Shown one piece after another: positions 1-13,030 of a stretch of 64,000 nucleotides of DNA (within the stretch, counting starts at the first letter, position 1; each line of letters starts with the position of its first letter). The notes under the pieces are model-generated. The model worked only from the letters and a program-made list of their open reading frames with translations. It was not told the origin of the DNA and searched no databases. A program made the position numbers and the translations under genes. Origin of the DNA: Camelus dromedarius (taxonomy: Eukaryota); NCBI RefSeq assembly GCF_036321535.1, contig NC_087437.1:87484001-87548000 (forward strand), given 5' to 3'.

Positions 1-301
1 CAACTGCAAGAGTCACCTTACTTGAGGTCACATTTTTCCTGGGGAAGCTCCCATGCAGTAGCTAAGTAAGGTGCAGGGATGAAGGCACTGCTGGTTCAGC
101 CTGATGTGGGCAATTCTGACAGGAAATATTTTCTCCAGGGCTCCTCACCCTGGTTAGGTTTAGAATCTCTCAGACCTATGTCACAGCCTGGCTTCTATTC
201 TTACCCAATTCTGTTTCCTTCCTTTCACTGGTGTTGATTCCAAATGCTGTCTTGCACCCCAAACTCCTGCTCAGAGTTTGCTTTAGAAGATCCAATCTGA
301 G
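1..301 (+). mobile_element. ERVL LTR remnant (LTR16-like), 3' portion
   Basis: Ends 'aaactcctgctcagagtttgctttagaagatccaatctgag', resembling the LTR16-type terminus (…ctcagagtctgcttc…gaacccaacctaagaca); recognised by eye. Confidence 0.5.
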
Positions 302-304
302 AAT

Positions 305-1000
305 ATTGTTTATATATTTTCTGGGTTTTTTTGTCAACTATTTTTATCAGCTATTGAGAGGGGCTGTTAAAAATCTTTATCTCTGGTTTTAGATTTCTCA
401 TTTCTCACTTTTATTCTGACATTTCTTCATAAATGTTAAAACTCTGTTACTGAGTCATACATATTTAGTGTTATTGTGTCTTCCTGATGAACTATCCCTT
501 TAATCATTATTAAATGCCCCTCTTTCTTTCTTACAATATTCTTTGGCTTGGGTTAACAAGTTATCTAACTTATCTGATGTTAATACAGAGAAAACGTCTT
601 TCTTAAGTGTACAGTTGTATGATAGATCTTTTTCCAACCCTTTAATTTCAACTTGTTCTTTTCTTTATGCTTACCATCTATTTCTTTCAGAAACAATAGA
701 ATTAGGTCTTGCTTTTTTACCCAATCAATTCATTACTTTTCTTTTCATTGAAGTGTTGTGTTCATCTACATTTAATGTAGTTATCAATATGGTTGGGTTT
801 AAATATATCATCCTGCAATGTATTTTATATTTGTTCTTCTCTGTTTGGCTTCCCACTTGCTCTGTTCCTATTCTCTCTCTTGACAACAGAATATTTTTAG
901 CATTCCATTTTATTAACTCAATCAGGTTTTTACTTGTAAGTTAAAAATTATTTTCTTATGAGTTGCTTTAGTGCTTACAATAGGCATCCATAGCTTTTCA
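305..1000 (-). mobile_element. Old LINE-1 (L1M) fragment, antisense, left part
   Basis: T-rich sequence with antisense L1 ORF2 5'/endonuclease-region motifs ('gtgtcttcctgatgaactatccctttaatcattattaaatgcccctcttt', 'tctgatgttaatac'). The 543-944 ORF is an antisense artefact. Confidence 0.8.
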
Positions 1001-2602
1001 TTGAAAATAAAAATCAACTCAGAGGTTGAGGGATCTCAGGGCAGAATGCAGATGGAGACAAAATAATCTGTGTCATAAACATCTGCCATACCTCCACTAA
1101 AGAGGGTCGGGGGAGGAAACACTGACCTAAGTAATTCCGGAAGTGAGTGAAAATAGTAAAACTGAAGACAAAGGAAACTGTACATAAGCACTATATTCTA
1201 ACTGGTAAACTTGTTCCTCACTGGGGTATAGTCTAACAACTCTGAAACCACTGAACATTTTACTGGGAAGGAACAAATAAATGGATATAGCTTAATGGTA
1301 GAAGCCAGGACCATTAGAGAGAAAAGTTGCAGAAAAGCAAAGGGGAGAGGCTGGAATGAACTCATATGTAGTACTGGGTTAGAGACAGAAACATCAACCT
1401 AAACCCCTTAATAGCTTAATATAGATGCAGTTGGGTAGATAGAGAAAGAATTATAGAGATGTGTGTGTGTATATATGTGTGTGTGTGTGTGTGTGTGTCT
1501 GTGTGTTAGTATATACACAAATAATTCTTCAGCTGTATCTGTGGAGAGCACCTGGAACAAGCATTCCACAGTAGCAATGAGTGCACCCAGTGCCCAAATA
1601 TTGATTTCTGTCACCAGTCTCCAATAAAAGAAAAGCGACCTCCTTGGAGAAATAACCAATACTAGAAATAAGACAGAAAATATTCAAGATGAGCCTGGAC
1701 CATCTTATGGTGCTAGAAAGTGTGAAATTTCCAGGAGAAAAAAAGAGGAAATTTGTCAAGAGATCATAGGAGCTTAATGGATTAATCTGAAAAAATTTGA
1801 ATAATGAAATAATGCAGTGTTATGTTGTAACCCAAAATATGAAATAAAATATCCATGAGCCCAAGCTAATATAAGTAAACCATTGGATAAATAAAGTGAA
1901 AAGACATAACATCCCTCAAAAGAAAATATGCAACCCTCGAAAAAGTAGAATTGAATTCACCACCCCCTTTAAGTGTGAGCAACACAGAGTGAATTCCTTA
2001 CAAAAAGTACAGTATGGAAAAGCAGGGGAAGTGGGGGAAGCTTTCCAGGAGGGAAATTTGGCAGGCATTACTTGAGCTGTGTGAAGGTTAGAATCATCAG
2101 TAGTATGTTACTAGCATGTCCTTTTAATATGATGTGAAGAGACTGCACTTTCCTCATTTGGTCTTGCTCTTCAAAAGTCATAACCTCAGTCTAACCATGA
2201 GAAAAGCAGCAGATAAAGCCTGATTGAGTAATATCCTATAGAATTCCTGATCAGTGCTTCTCAGAATTGTTAAGGTCATTTAAAATAAGCAAAGTCTGAG
2301 AAATTGTCACAGTACAGAGGAAGCTAAGGAGACATAATGAATAAATTTAATGTGGTATCCTGGATAGGGTCCTGGAACATTGGTGGGAAAATTGGTAGGA
2401 TAAAGGACATTAGCAGGAAAAAAAAAAACTACTACAATCCAAATAAAGTATAGCATTAGGTTCATAACAATCTACTAATGTTAGTTCATTAGTTGTGACA
2501 AATGTACCATAGGAATATAAGATGTTAATGACAGGAAAAACTTAGCATGGGGTATGTAGGAACTCTCTTCACTGTATTATTCCAAAATACAGTTTATTTT
2601 AA
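1001..2602 (+). mobile_element. L1MC-type LINE-1 3' region, sense
   Basis: Characteristic L1MC 3' UTR motifs: 'tgtggtatcctggatagggtcctggaaca', 'aaaggacattag', 'ttagttgtgacaaatgtaccat…taagatgttaat', 'ggaactctct…tccaaaata'. Confidence 0.75.
1460..1506. repeat. Interrupted (TG)n microsatellite
   Basis: TG run with an internal TATATA interruption, read directly. Confidence 0.95.
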
Positions 2603-4170
2603 GACACTGTTCGAGTTAATAGTTTACTTTTCATAGTTAACACATCACTCCTGACACTTCACACGACCCACTTGTCATATGTAGTAATTGTATGCGCAAT
2701 ATTGCTTCTGTAATACTGCGTATTGTAATACTCTTACAATAAATAGTATAACTTCATTTACTGATCCTATCATGTATGATATTGTTATTGTATTTTCTAC
2801 TTTTATGTATGTTATGAACCTCAATTGATAATGTTAATTTGTGTTCAAGCACAGAGTTGTCTTTCAAGGTGATCATGGAGAAAAAGTCATAATGTTTTAT
2901 GTTGCCATTTCAGTACTCTTTAATACTACCTCTATATCTGAAAGATATATTATTTATCATTTTCCTTCAGTCTGAAGACTAATTTTTAACATTTTTTTAT
3001 ACTGCAGGTCAGCTGGTAAAAAATTTTCACAGTTTTTGTTTATCTGGAATATTTCTTTCATCCTCTTTTTTTGAAAGACTTTTATTTAAAATAAAATTCT
3101 AGGTAGATGGTTCTCTTTTATTTTTTTCCATAATTTAAAGATAGGATTCTGTTTTCTTTTGCACTCTGTTGTTTCTAAAGAGAAGTCAGTTATAATTTGC
3201 ATCGTTTCCTCCATATGTATAATGTCTGTTTTCTCTGTTTTCTTGGTTTTCTTTTTATGACTTGCTTTTTTGCAGTTGGACTATGATGGGTCTAAGTGTG
3301 TTTTTTTAAAAAATGTATTTACCCAGCTTGAGACTTGATAAAATTCTATAATCTAAGAAGTAGTGATTTTCATTACATTTTGTAAATTGTAAGGTATTAT
3401 TTTGTCTGCTATTTCTTTCCATTCCATTTTTTATTCCAAAACTTCATTTACATGTATGTTTAACCATTAACATTGTCCCTTAAACTTTGTTCATTTCTTG
3501 CCTCATTTTTTTCTGTTTCCTAAACTGAATTTATTTCTATTAATCTTACTTAAAATCCTCAGCCTCTTTCTTATATCATCACTAATATGCTGTTAAGCAT
3601 ATCTAGTGAGTTTTAATTTGTTTCTTTCATTTTAGAATGTTGGTTTCTTTTAATAGGTTCTTATTTTCTGTTGAAATCCCTATCTGTTGATTTATTATGG
3701 CAAAATTTACATTATTTATATTAGTTTCTTTAAAATTTTGTTTTCTAAATCCAACATTCGAACCATATCAGGGTTAGTTTCTCTTTAATGTTATTTGTCT
3801 TGAACATGGGTCACATTTTGAATGTGTATGGGCTCTTGTGGTTGATACATTATAGACTCTCTAGATTCTGTTACTGTCTCTGTGAAGAATGTTGACTTCT
3901 CTAGTAGACAGTATAGTTACTAGATGATAATCTTGAAATTGATAGGCTTGTTTTTATGCTTTGTGAAGGTCAGTCTGTAGAAATCCCAGTATTCCTCAAA
4001 CCCTTCAAATTTGGTAGGTCTCAGACTCCAAAGTGTGGATCTCTTCGGGTCCTCATTTTATGCTTTATTAAGATAGACTTAGAGAAGACCTTACAGACTG
4101 GTATCATCTTTATTCATAAGGTGGCATCTTTTTGTGTGCAATGCCTGAAGTCTTAATGAGGCATTAGTGA
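2603..4170 (-). mobile_element. Old LINE-1 (L1M) fragment, antisense, right part (ORF1/inter-ORF side)
   Basis: Antisense L1 motifs 'tttttgtttatctggaatat', 'aattctaggtagatgg', 'gagaagtcagttataatttg', 'gcagttggactatgatgggtctaagtgtg'; appears to continue the 305-1000 piece. Confidence 0.75.
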
Positions 4171-5554
4171 TGTCTCTCCGTTGTTTAGAGACCTTTCCTT
4201 CTCCCCCTTCCTAAGAACTTCAGTACAGCTCTTGTGAAATACGACTTCAAGCACTGAACTGTAAATTCCTTGACAATAGGAATGATACCCGGTTAATCTT
4301 TGTTTTCCTCCAGGCTAACGCAATTCTTCATATAGAGTATGTAACTTGTAAGTAGTTGTTGAATTTTTTAAATGACTATACTTTAATTTAGACTGTGTAA
4401 AGACTGTTTACTCATTGTTTGACTTTCTAAATGACCCTGAATTTCTCTGTGCTAGGCCAGTGCCCCAACATCTGTCAGTTCTGCTTAACCTTTAGGAAAT
4501 CAATTCCATCTTCAACCTGTTAGAAACCGTTTCCTGACAAGCCAGCCCTCCATGTGTGCAGGCCGGGTCTTAGGCAAGGGTGCATGAGAGACTTTGGCAC
4601 TTCCTCTTGCACGGTTCCTTCTCCAGACACATCAGTGGTCCCAAACTCTGATCTCACCTCAGCAGGACTTACCTGCCCTCCTTGGATTCCAGGGTCCTGT
4701 ACTGCAAATAGGGAATTGGCCAGGGGAGACAAGGAGCTGTTTTTGTGGGTTTCATTCTGTGTGAGATCAGAGACTTGTGTCACTCTTGTCAGCATTTGCA
4801 AGTGACTAGCAGAGAAAGTGCTCAGTAATTATACTTTGAGTGAATAAAGAAAGCATCTATCTCATATACTTTGCCCGATTTTATGACTGTTTGCTGTAAC
4901 ATAGTTGCTCCTGTACCAATGCCTCAGTAACATCCAGGATTTGAAATCCTCTTGATAAGCTCTTAAACTCAGTCATGTCTCATCTCTCATGGTCATTCCT
5001 TCCTTTCCTCTGCATTGGCCCATACATGAAATTCATATACTTGTACTTGGATTATCCAAAGATCAGACAAGATATTTCCATTAGTAATAGAATTTACTGA
5101 GTTTTAGGGAACAGAGGGGATTTTACATCACACAAATGCAAATAATTTTAAATGATTTATTAAGCATTCTTGTGATTTAACACATTTTTGGTCACTCTGC
5201 CCTTGTGAAATTCTGCTTGGTTACCTTTCTGTCTAGTCTTCAGTCTCCTAACACATGGCCTACCTCTTCTGCCTACCTTCATTCCCTCTCCTTGCTCTAC
5301 TCTTCCACTTCCTAATGTCTCATCATCATTTTTTATGCATAGAAGCTTAGCCATTAGTTATATTTTGCTGTTTATTTTCACAGTGCCGCCTCAGGGTCTC
5401 ATTTTCCACATCAAAGGAGCTTAATTTCCTCAACAACATTCCCTCCCTATGAAGAACTTTGGTGCCAGTTGATAAAATAGTTGTATCTATAAATGTATAT
5501 TTGCCGAGATTAAAAATATGAATATTCAGATATATTATGCAAGTATCAATTTAA

Positions 5555-5995
5555 GGCATTCATTCGACAGTCATTTATTTATTGAAGGCTTCCTAAATTT
5601 CATGTGCTGAAGTTAAAAAGACTAACAATGCATAGTCCGTTCTCCCTATGAAACTCCTTTTTCAAATCTAGAAGTCAGATCAACAGAAAACAATTCATCA
5701 AGTTTTATGGCTGATGTGTACAACATGATTTGCTATAGGAACATAGGTAGGACCTCAAACAAGAGAGCAAAATGATCTGAGCTCAAATCCCTTTCTCTCT
5801 AAAGTTCTCCTTGATCCTCAGACTGTGTAGCTATGGTATTTGATGTCATCCCTCTCTGTATTTTCCTTTGTATTTTAATCACATTAATATATGTGCCTCT
5901 CCCACTTGATAGGGATATGGGCTCTGTGTTCTCAGCACTTCCATGGTATAAATGCTCAGTAATTGCATTTTAATGAATAAGTAAATGAATGAAAA
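5555..5995. mobile_element. Two LINE-2 3'-end fragments (one minus, one plus)
   Basis: 'cattcattcgacagtcatttatttattgaag' (minus tail) and 'aaatgctcagtaattg…aatgaataagtaaatgaatgaa' (plus tail). Confidence 0.5.
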
Positions 5996-7544
5996 CGTTC
6001 ACAATGTGTATGTGTCTTTTGATGCTTAAAATGTAGACTTATTTAGCTACTTATTTTTGGTAAATGATTAATGTCCTCAAAATACAGTCATTTTTTAACA
6101 TATTCATAGTTGATTCTCCCAAGAGTCAAACATATTTTATTTGTTTTTTCAATATGTATATAGATAAAATTGTGGTCATAATTCCTATGCACTTTTTTGT
6201 AAAGAGATATGCGTGCTTCTGTTTTCAACTTTTTGTGCATATGATTTAAGGAAAACATTTCTTAATTTCTTTGTAAATCATTTATTCTTTCTCAATAAAG
6301 GCAGTGTTGTTAGGTCTTTGAGGATACTGCTCATTGATATATTCAGAAGATAGATTATGTGCCTCTTCAGTTGACTTAATGCTTGTGATTCAGTAGCAGG
6401 AGAAAAAAGAAGTATTTTTAGGTGTGTTAGAAAGAAGTGTCAAAGCACCTCAGGCTGAGCAGACAGTCCAAGATAACACTCTTGCCTGATGTTAAAAACA
6501 ATCTGTTCTTGCCTTCTCCCCACTCTGATGAGAGCTCAGGCACTCCTACATTTCAACTTGAGAAACCTCAACACTGACAGTCTCACATTTAGATAAGTAA
6601 ATAAGGTGACAGGAAAGCTTTTATTTTTGAAAGTTATGATAGTGAGGGTGCACTGTCTGTTTCTGTAACAAATGAATGTTTAATTGTTCAAACCTGTTTA
6701 GGGGACTGTGTATCTTGAAAGACTTATAGTGAAATAAAATTGTCAGCAGGAAAAATACCCCAGGAATCATTAGTTAGTTCCCCAATTTCTAGGCAGGACT
6801 GGATCCAAGCCTACCCTAACATATGGATAGCCTTAGGAAGGAAGACTTCTCAGATCATTTCCATACCTAGTTTAGTGCCTTGTAATGTGTTGCTGAAAGA
6901 ATCCTCTCTGGGAAGTCCACAAGATCTGACTTCTATTTTCAACACAGTTATCTGCTCCATGCATCATGCTTATAAAACCTACTTGTATTTGTTTTTTTAT
7001 CCATAATATAAAAGTGGTGGGCTACAAATTTTTGAAAAATTCTCCTGAAAAAAAGAGGTGAATTTGAAAATATGTCATCACTTTTGACCTTTGTGAAAAG
7101 TAACCCTGAAAGTTATAAACTACAAATAGCAGATGCTTTTAGTATTAGGATATTGTGATAATTTATTGATTTCATTTTCATAGTCCTTCTCAATGTGGAT
7201 ATTCAAAAGTGTTTTTATTTTGTAAAAGTATGAATTTTAAGGTTGAAAAGTGATTTTGAAGTGAAAATGATATTTCAGTTTTTTTCTCTGAGGGGATTCA
7301 TTATACAGCTGAGCATCTAGAAGGAAAAGAAATACCTTGTAATGTTTAAAAGAAAAAAATGAGTAAATACAAATAGTTTTTGGTATCTAACTCACCCAGG
7401 AATAGAAAGAAAGATTTTCTTCATGGAAAGAAAATTAGCCCTTTTAATTATTAAGCTAACACTTAGTACATAGGAACCCTCAGTGCTGACCTTAGGTTTT
7501 GAGAATTCTTGCTTTATGGAGCTATGTTTCTTGTTCATAGAATA

Positions 7545-7700
7545 ATGTGGGATGCTTGTTACAGATCGCAGTATTACCATCTGTTTTTCTGAGTCAGAAT
7601 TCTGAGTGGGACTTGGGAAGCTGCATTTGTCACAACCATTTCACGTGGCACCATTGCAGGACCATTGCAGTTGGTCCAGGGACCACATTTGGAAAATACT
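7545..7700. mobile_element. hAT-Charlie MITE (MER5A-like)
   Basis: 'gcttgttacagat…tgagtcagaattctg…ctgcattt…gttggtccagggaccacatttggaaaatactg' matches the MER5 pattern. Confidence 0.65.
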
Positions 7701-7990
7701 GTATCTGGACAGTATGAGTAAGAAAAAGATGTTGGTCTTCGCAGCTATAGTAGAAAGCATATAAAATACAATGAATACATTCAAGGAACCCAGTCATCCT
7801 AAGAGCCCTCACACTGCTTTGCCCTTCTCTACCTCATCCCTGACATTTTTCTTTACGAATTGTTTCTTTACATTATATTTTGGTTATATCAATCAAGCTA
7901 CCGCTTATGCTCATTTTTCTCTTCTTCAAAATATGGAGATTTAATAAAGAAAGTCCCTTCAGAAGAATGCAAATCTTAAGGAATGATCTT

Positions 7991-8375
7991 TGTGGTATCG
8001 TTCAAAAAAAAGACCACACCCTTCTCTCTTGTCCCTGCATCTATGCCCACTGTAGGGCCCTCCCACTCTGAGTCCAGGCATGGATATGGGACTTGCTTTA
8101 GCCAGTGAGACTGTAGCAAATGTGACACCTTTCAGGGGCTTGAAAGGTACAGATATCCTTGCTGCTACTAGAATCCTGTGAGCATCGTGTGAAATACCTG
8201 AGATAGCCAACTGTAGAATGAGAGATGGTGGCCTTGGGACCCCAGTTACCCCAGACCCATAGCTCTAAGTGCTACACAAGTGAGTGAGGCCATCCTATGT
8301 AATCCAGCTGCTAGGAGATCTGTGAGCAAAGTTGCTTGGTACATATAGGGTGAAATTGCAATACAGTGGCATTAG
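7991..8375 (+). mobile_element. MaLR LTR (MLT1G/H-like)
   Basis: Starts 'tgtgg'; contains 'gacttgctttagccagtgagactgtagcaaatgtgaca' and 'gagtgaggccatcct', typical of MLT1. Confidence 0.65.
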
Positions 8376-10924
8376 ATTCATTCATTCATTCATTTAAATA
8401 ATTAAGATGTTAAAATAATGAAAGTTGTATTAGACAAGCCATTGAGATATTTTCAAAAAACAGGAACGTTGATTTCTACTGGCTTCTGGTTGTGAAGTAT
8501 TTTGGCATCCTGCTGTGATTGTATTTGCAATTGAATAATTTATATATTTAAATTAAATAATTGATCATCCCATTGCAAAATTCCTAAATCTCCAACTAGG
8601 GAATATGCATGCCTGCAAAATAAATGATATGTATGACAAAGAGGCCTACTTGTGCATATTTCCTGAAGTAGCTACATTATAAGTTTATGCGTACTGTATA
8701 TGAGAAGAACACACTGGGAAATGAGCACATATATATGGTTAATAAAGGGTCCTGAAATGTGTCAAAGAGTATAACTACTAAGACAGTTCAAGTTAGGACA
8801 TTTTCTCTGCTGTATTAATATTATTATATATATAGAAATATGTGTATCAAAACTCTTAAAATTTACTTTACAGTAAATACTACATCATTGCCAGTGCCTG
8901 TATTTAATAGTAAAAACAGTGTAACCCCCCTGAATGCACCTCTCAATGCTTAAATTATTGTGCAGTTGTAAAGGCAGGTACCTTAGCTGCCTGATGTTCA
9001 AATAGTGAATTCTTAGGTGTTTGGGGAAATTAGTTAATTAGAAGAAAATGTGCTTTTGCATAAATGTTTGTGTGCATGTGTGTGTGCATTAATATATTAG
9101 GTATCATTCATAATAAATGTTGGGAATATTTATTTTACTCACTATACAGCAGCAGGAGAAAAATACATTTTTAGGTATGTTAGAAAGAAATAGCAAAGCA
9201 CTTCTAGCTGAGCATACCTGAGTTTACGTATCTATTTTAGTGTATAGATCTTGTACATAAAACCATATACATGTGAGATGACCTCTCTTTAGTACTTACT
9301 AAAAATTTACCAGTCTATAAAGAGTTCTTACATTGACCAGAGTTTGTCTAGCTCCCAAGACATATGTCAAATCCATATTCTTTTATTTAACACTCCTACC
9401 CTAAATCCCATGGAGCTATTAAGTAAGTATGGCTACTAATATACACATGGAAACAAATTATAGAACAATTATTATTTCTACATACCAAAGAAAAGTATTA
9501 CAATAACTTTTCTTTTTTAAATAAATCAACTCCTTCTCCAACTCCATAAAATTTTAATTCACACTGGGACATGTGGACACCTGTTTATTTATAAAGCCTT
9601 CAGTCATGGAGACATAGATTTAGAGAGTTGAGACAAGAATAAAATAAAGTGGATGGCCTCCTTTTAAATCCAACTGTGACTTTCATCTTTGTCACAAAAT
9701 AAGCACAACATTTGGCAAGGTTGGAAGCTTCAACTCCTGGCAGGTCCAAGTTGGCATAGAATCACCTTGACAGGCTCCCAGATCAGCAAGCACTCTGCTC
9801 TGAAAGACTCCTTTTGCTAAATTTAACTTTCCCTGTGTAAAATGAATGAGATGCTCCTGAGGAGAAGAAAGAGCTTCAAGATCAAAGGTGGGGGGTGGCG
9901 TATGGGGCTAAGTCAGCTCATCCAGGTATATAAGGTACCAGAGTAGGCTAACAGCAACCTGTACAAGAGAAAATATAGAGTGTATACAAATTAGGATATT
10001 CCTGTAAAATTGGAAAGATAAGTGATTCATTCTGCTTTGTTTTCCCCGTCGGATCACATCATTTCATTTTCTTTGGAAGCAGGTGGGCTCAACAGTAAGA
10101 GTAGGAGAAATGATAATTATGTTGTGTCTCGATGTTAGCAATTCTGTGTCTGAAGGCTATTTTCAATGTTAGATTTTATGATGGGAAAGGACTCCAGATT
10201 TCTTCAGCTTGAATTAAATCTCTTCCTAAACTGAACCCAAAGAAATATCTGTAATAAAAAAAAATTGCAGTGCTGGCTAACTGTGACACTACAGGCTGAG
10301 TCACACACACAGCACGGACTTTGAAGTCAATGATTTTTTTGTCATTATTTAAGTTCACGATCTGCGCAGAGGGCTATATCTTTACCCACGTCGCACAAAG
10401 TATGTTGGCAAAACCTTGATGAGATGCTGTAGCTAAGCATGGTTATTTTAGAAATCATTTTGGCTCCTTTCACTGTAGAGTCAACCAAGCTGTCAAGCAG
10501 CATAAGAAACTTACTTAAACTAAAGAATGTCTTAGTAAATTAAATATTGATGAAAAAGAATCCTTAATCTCCTTCTGCCTCTGGACATGCATTTGCTTAA
10601 TTCCAGCTTTATTTACTTAAATTCTCAGTCCCCTTTTCTATATTAGATAGCAAAAACAGAGAAGTTTATTATCCTACCAGAGACAGAATTCTGTGCCACA
10701 TGATGTAACTAGTTCTCTTTTGCTGGACAAGTACAGTTCATTGTATGCTCCTAGCTTTAATATCTTTAATCAGTTTGTATTGATGGAACTTTTCCCAGGC
10801 TTCATTCCCGTATCAATAAAACCCTGTTTTGCTAAGTTGAAAATGCTATAGCATTCTTCGGTGACAGCCTCATGTACTTTACCAGCTGGTATTTTTCTCT
10901 TGTTCATTTTACTCTTCAGAATGC

Positions 10925-11075
10925 AATAGTCAGAGAACCTTAGGAAGCATCTGTTCTCGACTGTTCATTTTACAATTGGGGGAATTAAACCTCCAAGATG
11001 CAGAGAAACTTATCCATACTCACACAGCTAATCAGTAAAATCAAATCAGAAATCAGGGCTTCTAACTCCTGGGGC
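10925..11075 (-). mobile_element. MIR SINE
   Basis: 'cattttacaattgggggaatt…cacacagctaatcagt…ttctaactcc', the MIR core in antisense. Confidence 0.6.
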
Positions 11076-11143
11076 TTTTTTTTCTGATAACCCTGCTCCC
11101 AGGAAGCTCTCAGGGCTTTTTTGATTTCCTTCCTATTCACCAC

Positions 11144-11146
<3 letters not shown>

Positions 11147-11175
<29 letters not shown>
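11147..11175 (+). repeat. Poly(A) run, 29 nt
   Basis: Read directly. Confidence 0.95.
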
Positions 11176-11177
<2 letters not shown>

Positions 11178-12051
11178 AGACTCATCCTTTCATCCCCTGA
11201 CCATGCATGAAACTCTCTGCTAAAAAGACAAAGTGATAAATAATGATAAATACCTACTTTTGTTATCTCCAGGACTGTTGCCTTTCAGAAGGTGACAAAC
11301 ACTGAATGTTTATATTTTTATGTTTTTCACATTTTTATATTTTTTATTCTTTCGAGGCACCTATTTCAAATGAAGAAAAATAGGGGGAAAATGAGGCATG
11401 AATGTTCAATGTCATTTTTTAAGAAACTTTTTTATTCATCTTAAAAGTTCATTTTTAAGATGAATCTTTGGGGAAAATGAGTTATCAAAAATTCAGTTCA
11501 TTTTAAAATAGAAGAAAAAAATCTGTTGAAAATACATAATAGAAAATACATTCTGCCAGAAGTTTCCATTCTGTCAAGATACTGCTCTCACAAAAGACTG
11601 AAAGTTCCCTTTAGAGTGTAAAATATTCTAATAATTAAGGTATTATCTCCAGTTTTTGTTTTGTTAGGGATAAGAAAGCCTTGCATCCAAATTTTCCTGC
11701 ACTATTCTTACTTTCTTAGTCTCCACATTGCAAAATCATTAGATGGTAAAAGCCTCTGTACTTTGAATGTTGGAGCTCCAAAAGATCTGGAAGTACAAAT
11801 GAGGTGTGGGGTCCAGGAAGCATCATTTCCACATTTCCACCTTATGCACACTAGTCAACCCAGGTTCTCAAAGGACTCTTGACTTTTATCAAGGATGGGC
11901 ATTCATGAATCCATGGGACACATGGAATTAAGCCAGTGTCAGGATCCAGAAGTTGGATATTTTATGGATTTTAAATCACATGAATGATTTGATACCTTCA
12001 TACCTGAAGGGTATGAAGGAATTTCTTTTGTACCCTGAAAGCATATTATGT

Positions 12052-12265
12052 ATAGTGTCAAATTCAAGGATTTGAGAGCCAATAAGCCTGAATTTCAGTC
12101 ATTAATTTTGGTATTTATTGAGTGGGATTTTGAGAAAGTTACTTTATATCACGGATTTTAAAGTTCCTTCTCTGCCAAAAAAGGCATAATAAGTTAGTTA
12201 TTAGTGGTTGTGAGGAATGATGCAATACATGTTAACTGCTTATCCTACTGCCTGTTTCATAAAAT
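12052..12265 (+). mobile_element. MIR SINE
   Basis: 'ttgagaaagttacttt…aagttccttctctg…ggttgtgaggaatgatgcaatacatg', the MIR core. Confidence 0.6.
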
Positions 12266-12869
12266 AGAATTAAAGAAATTCAGTAGCTGTTACTCTTCTT
12301 ACATTAAAAGTCATTTATATAGATTTGGAAGTATTGTTCTAATCACAGTTCTTTTGGTTCAACAGTACAAATTTAAGCTGCTAAATCTCAATTTCTTTTA
12401 ATGTATGTGTTTGGGGATAGTTTGGGGGTATCTAGTCCTAATACGTCATCTTCCATCTTTTCTTCCCTGTGCCGTAGTCTTCAGAATTGATCCTCAGTCC
12501 ACCTAGAAGATATCTTGCTTCTCAGTCTTGCCCTCATATATTTGCATGGACTATAACCAGGCATTTTCAGAAGGCTTGGCCATTCCATCATGCTTGCTCT
12601 GAAGATCAACTTTGCAGCATCTTCCTTGGACCAATTCAGTAGATAAAACTAGATGTCACTCTGAGACCTACCAATAGTAGACCACCAGTGAGCAACAAAC
12701 TATGCTTAAGGGGAAAGCACCAACACATGTAATACAAAGAATACAAAGAAAGACACATGTAATAAAACTTCCAGGTTTACTGGATGTATTTTGCCTGCAT
12801 TCTAGGCCAGTGCTATCTACTCAATAGTTGATGTAAATGTTCTTTCCTTTGCTGTTCAGTGTGATAGCT

Positions 12870-13030
12870 TTGACTATTAAGCACTTGGCTATAAAATTTG
12901 ACTGTTACACACTGGAAGTGTAGCTATTGCAACTAAAGACTAGATTTTATTTAATTTTAATTTATTAATATTTAAATTTAGAAGCCACATGTGGCTAGTA
13001 TCTACTGCATGAAACACTGTAGTTCAAGAC
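12870..13030. mobile_element. hAT-Charlie MITE (MER3-like)
   Basis: 'attttatttaattttaatt…tttaaatttagaagccacatgtggctagt' is the MER3 hallmark. Confidence 0.7.

Noticed and set aside
543..944. 133-aa hydrophobic ORF
   Set aside because: Lies on the T-rich antisense strand of an old L1; hydrophobicity follows from base composition.
11147..11175. Poly(A) as the tail of a retrocopy
   Set aside because: No upstream poly(A) signal, recognisable body or TSD seen; treated as a simple repeat.
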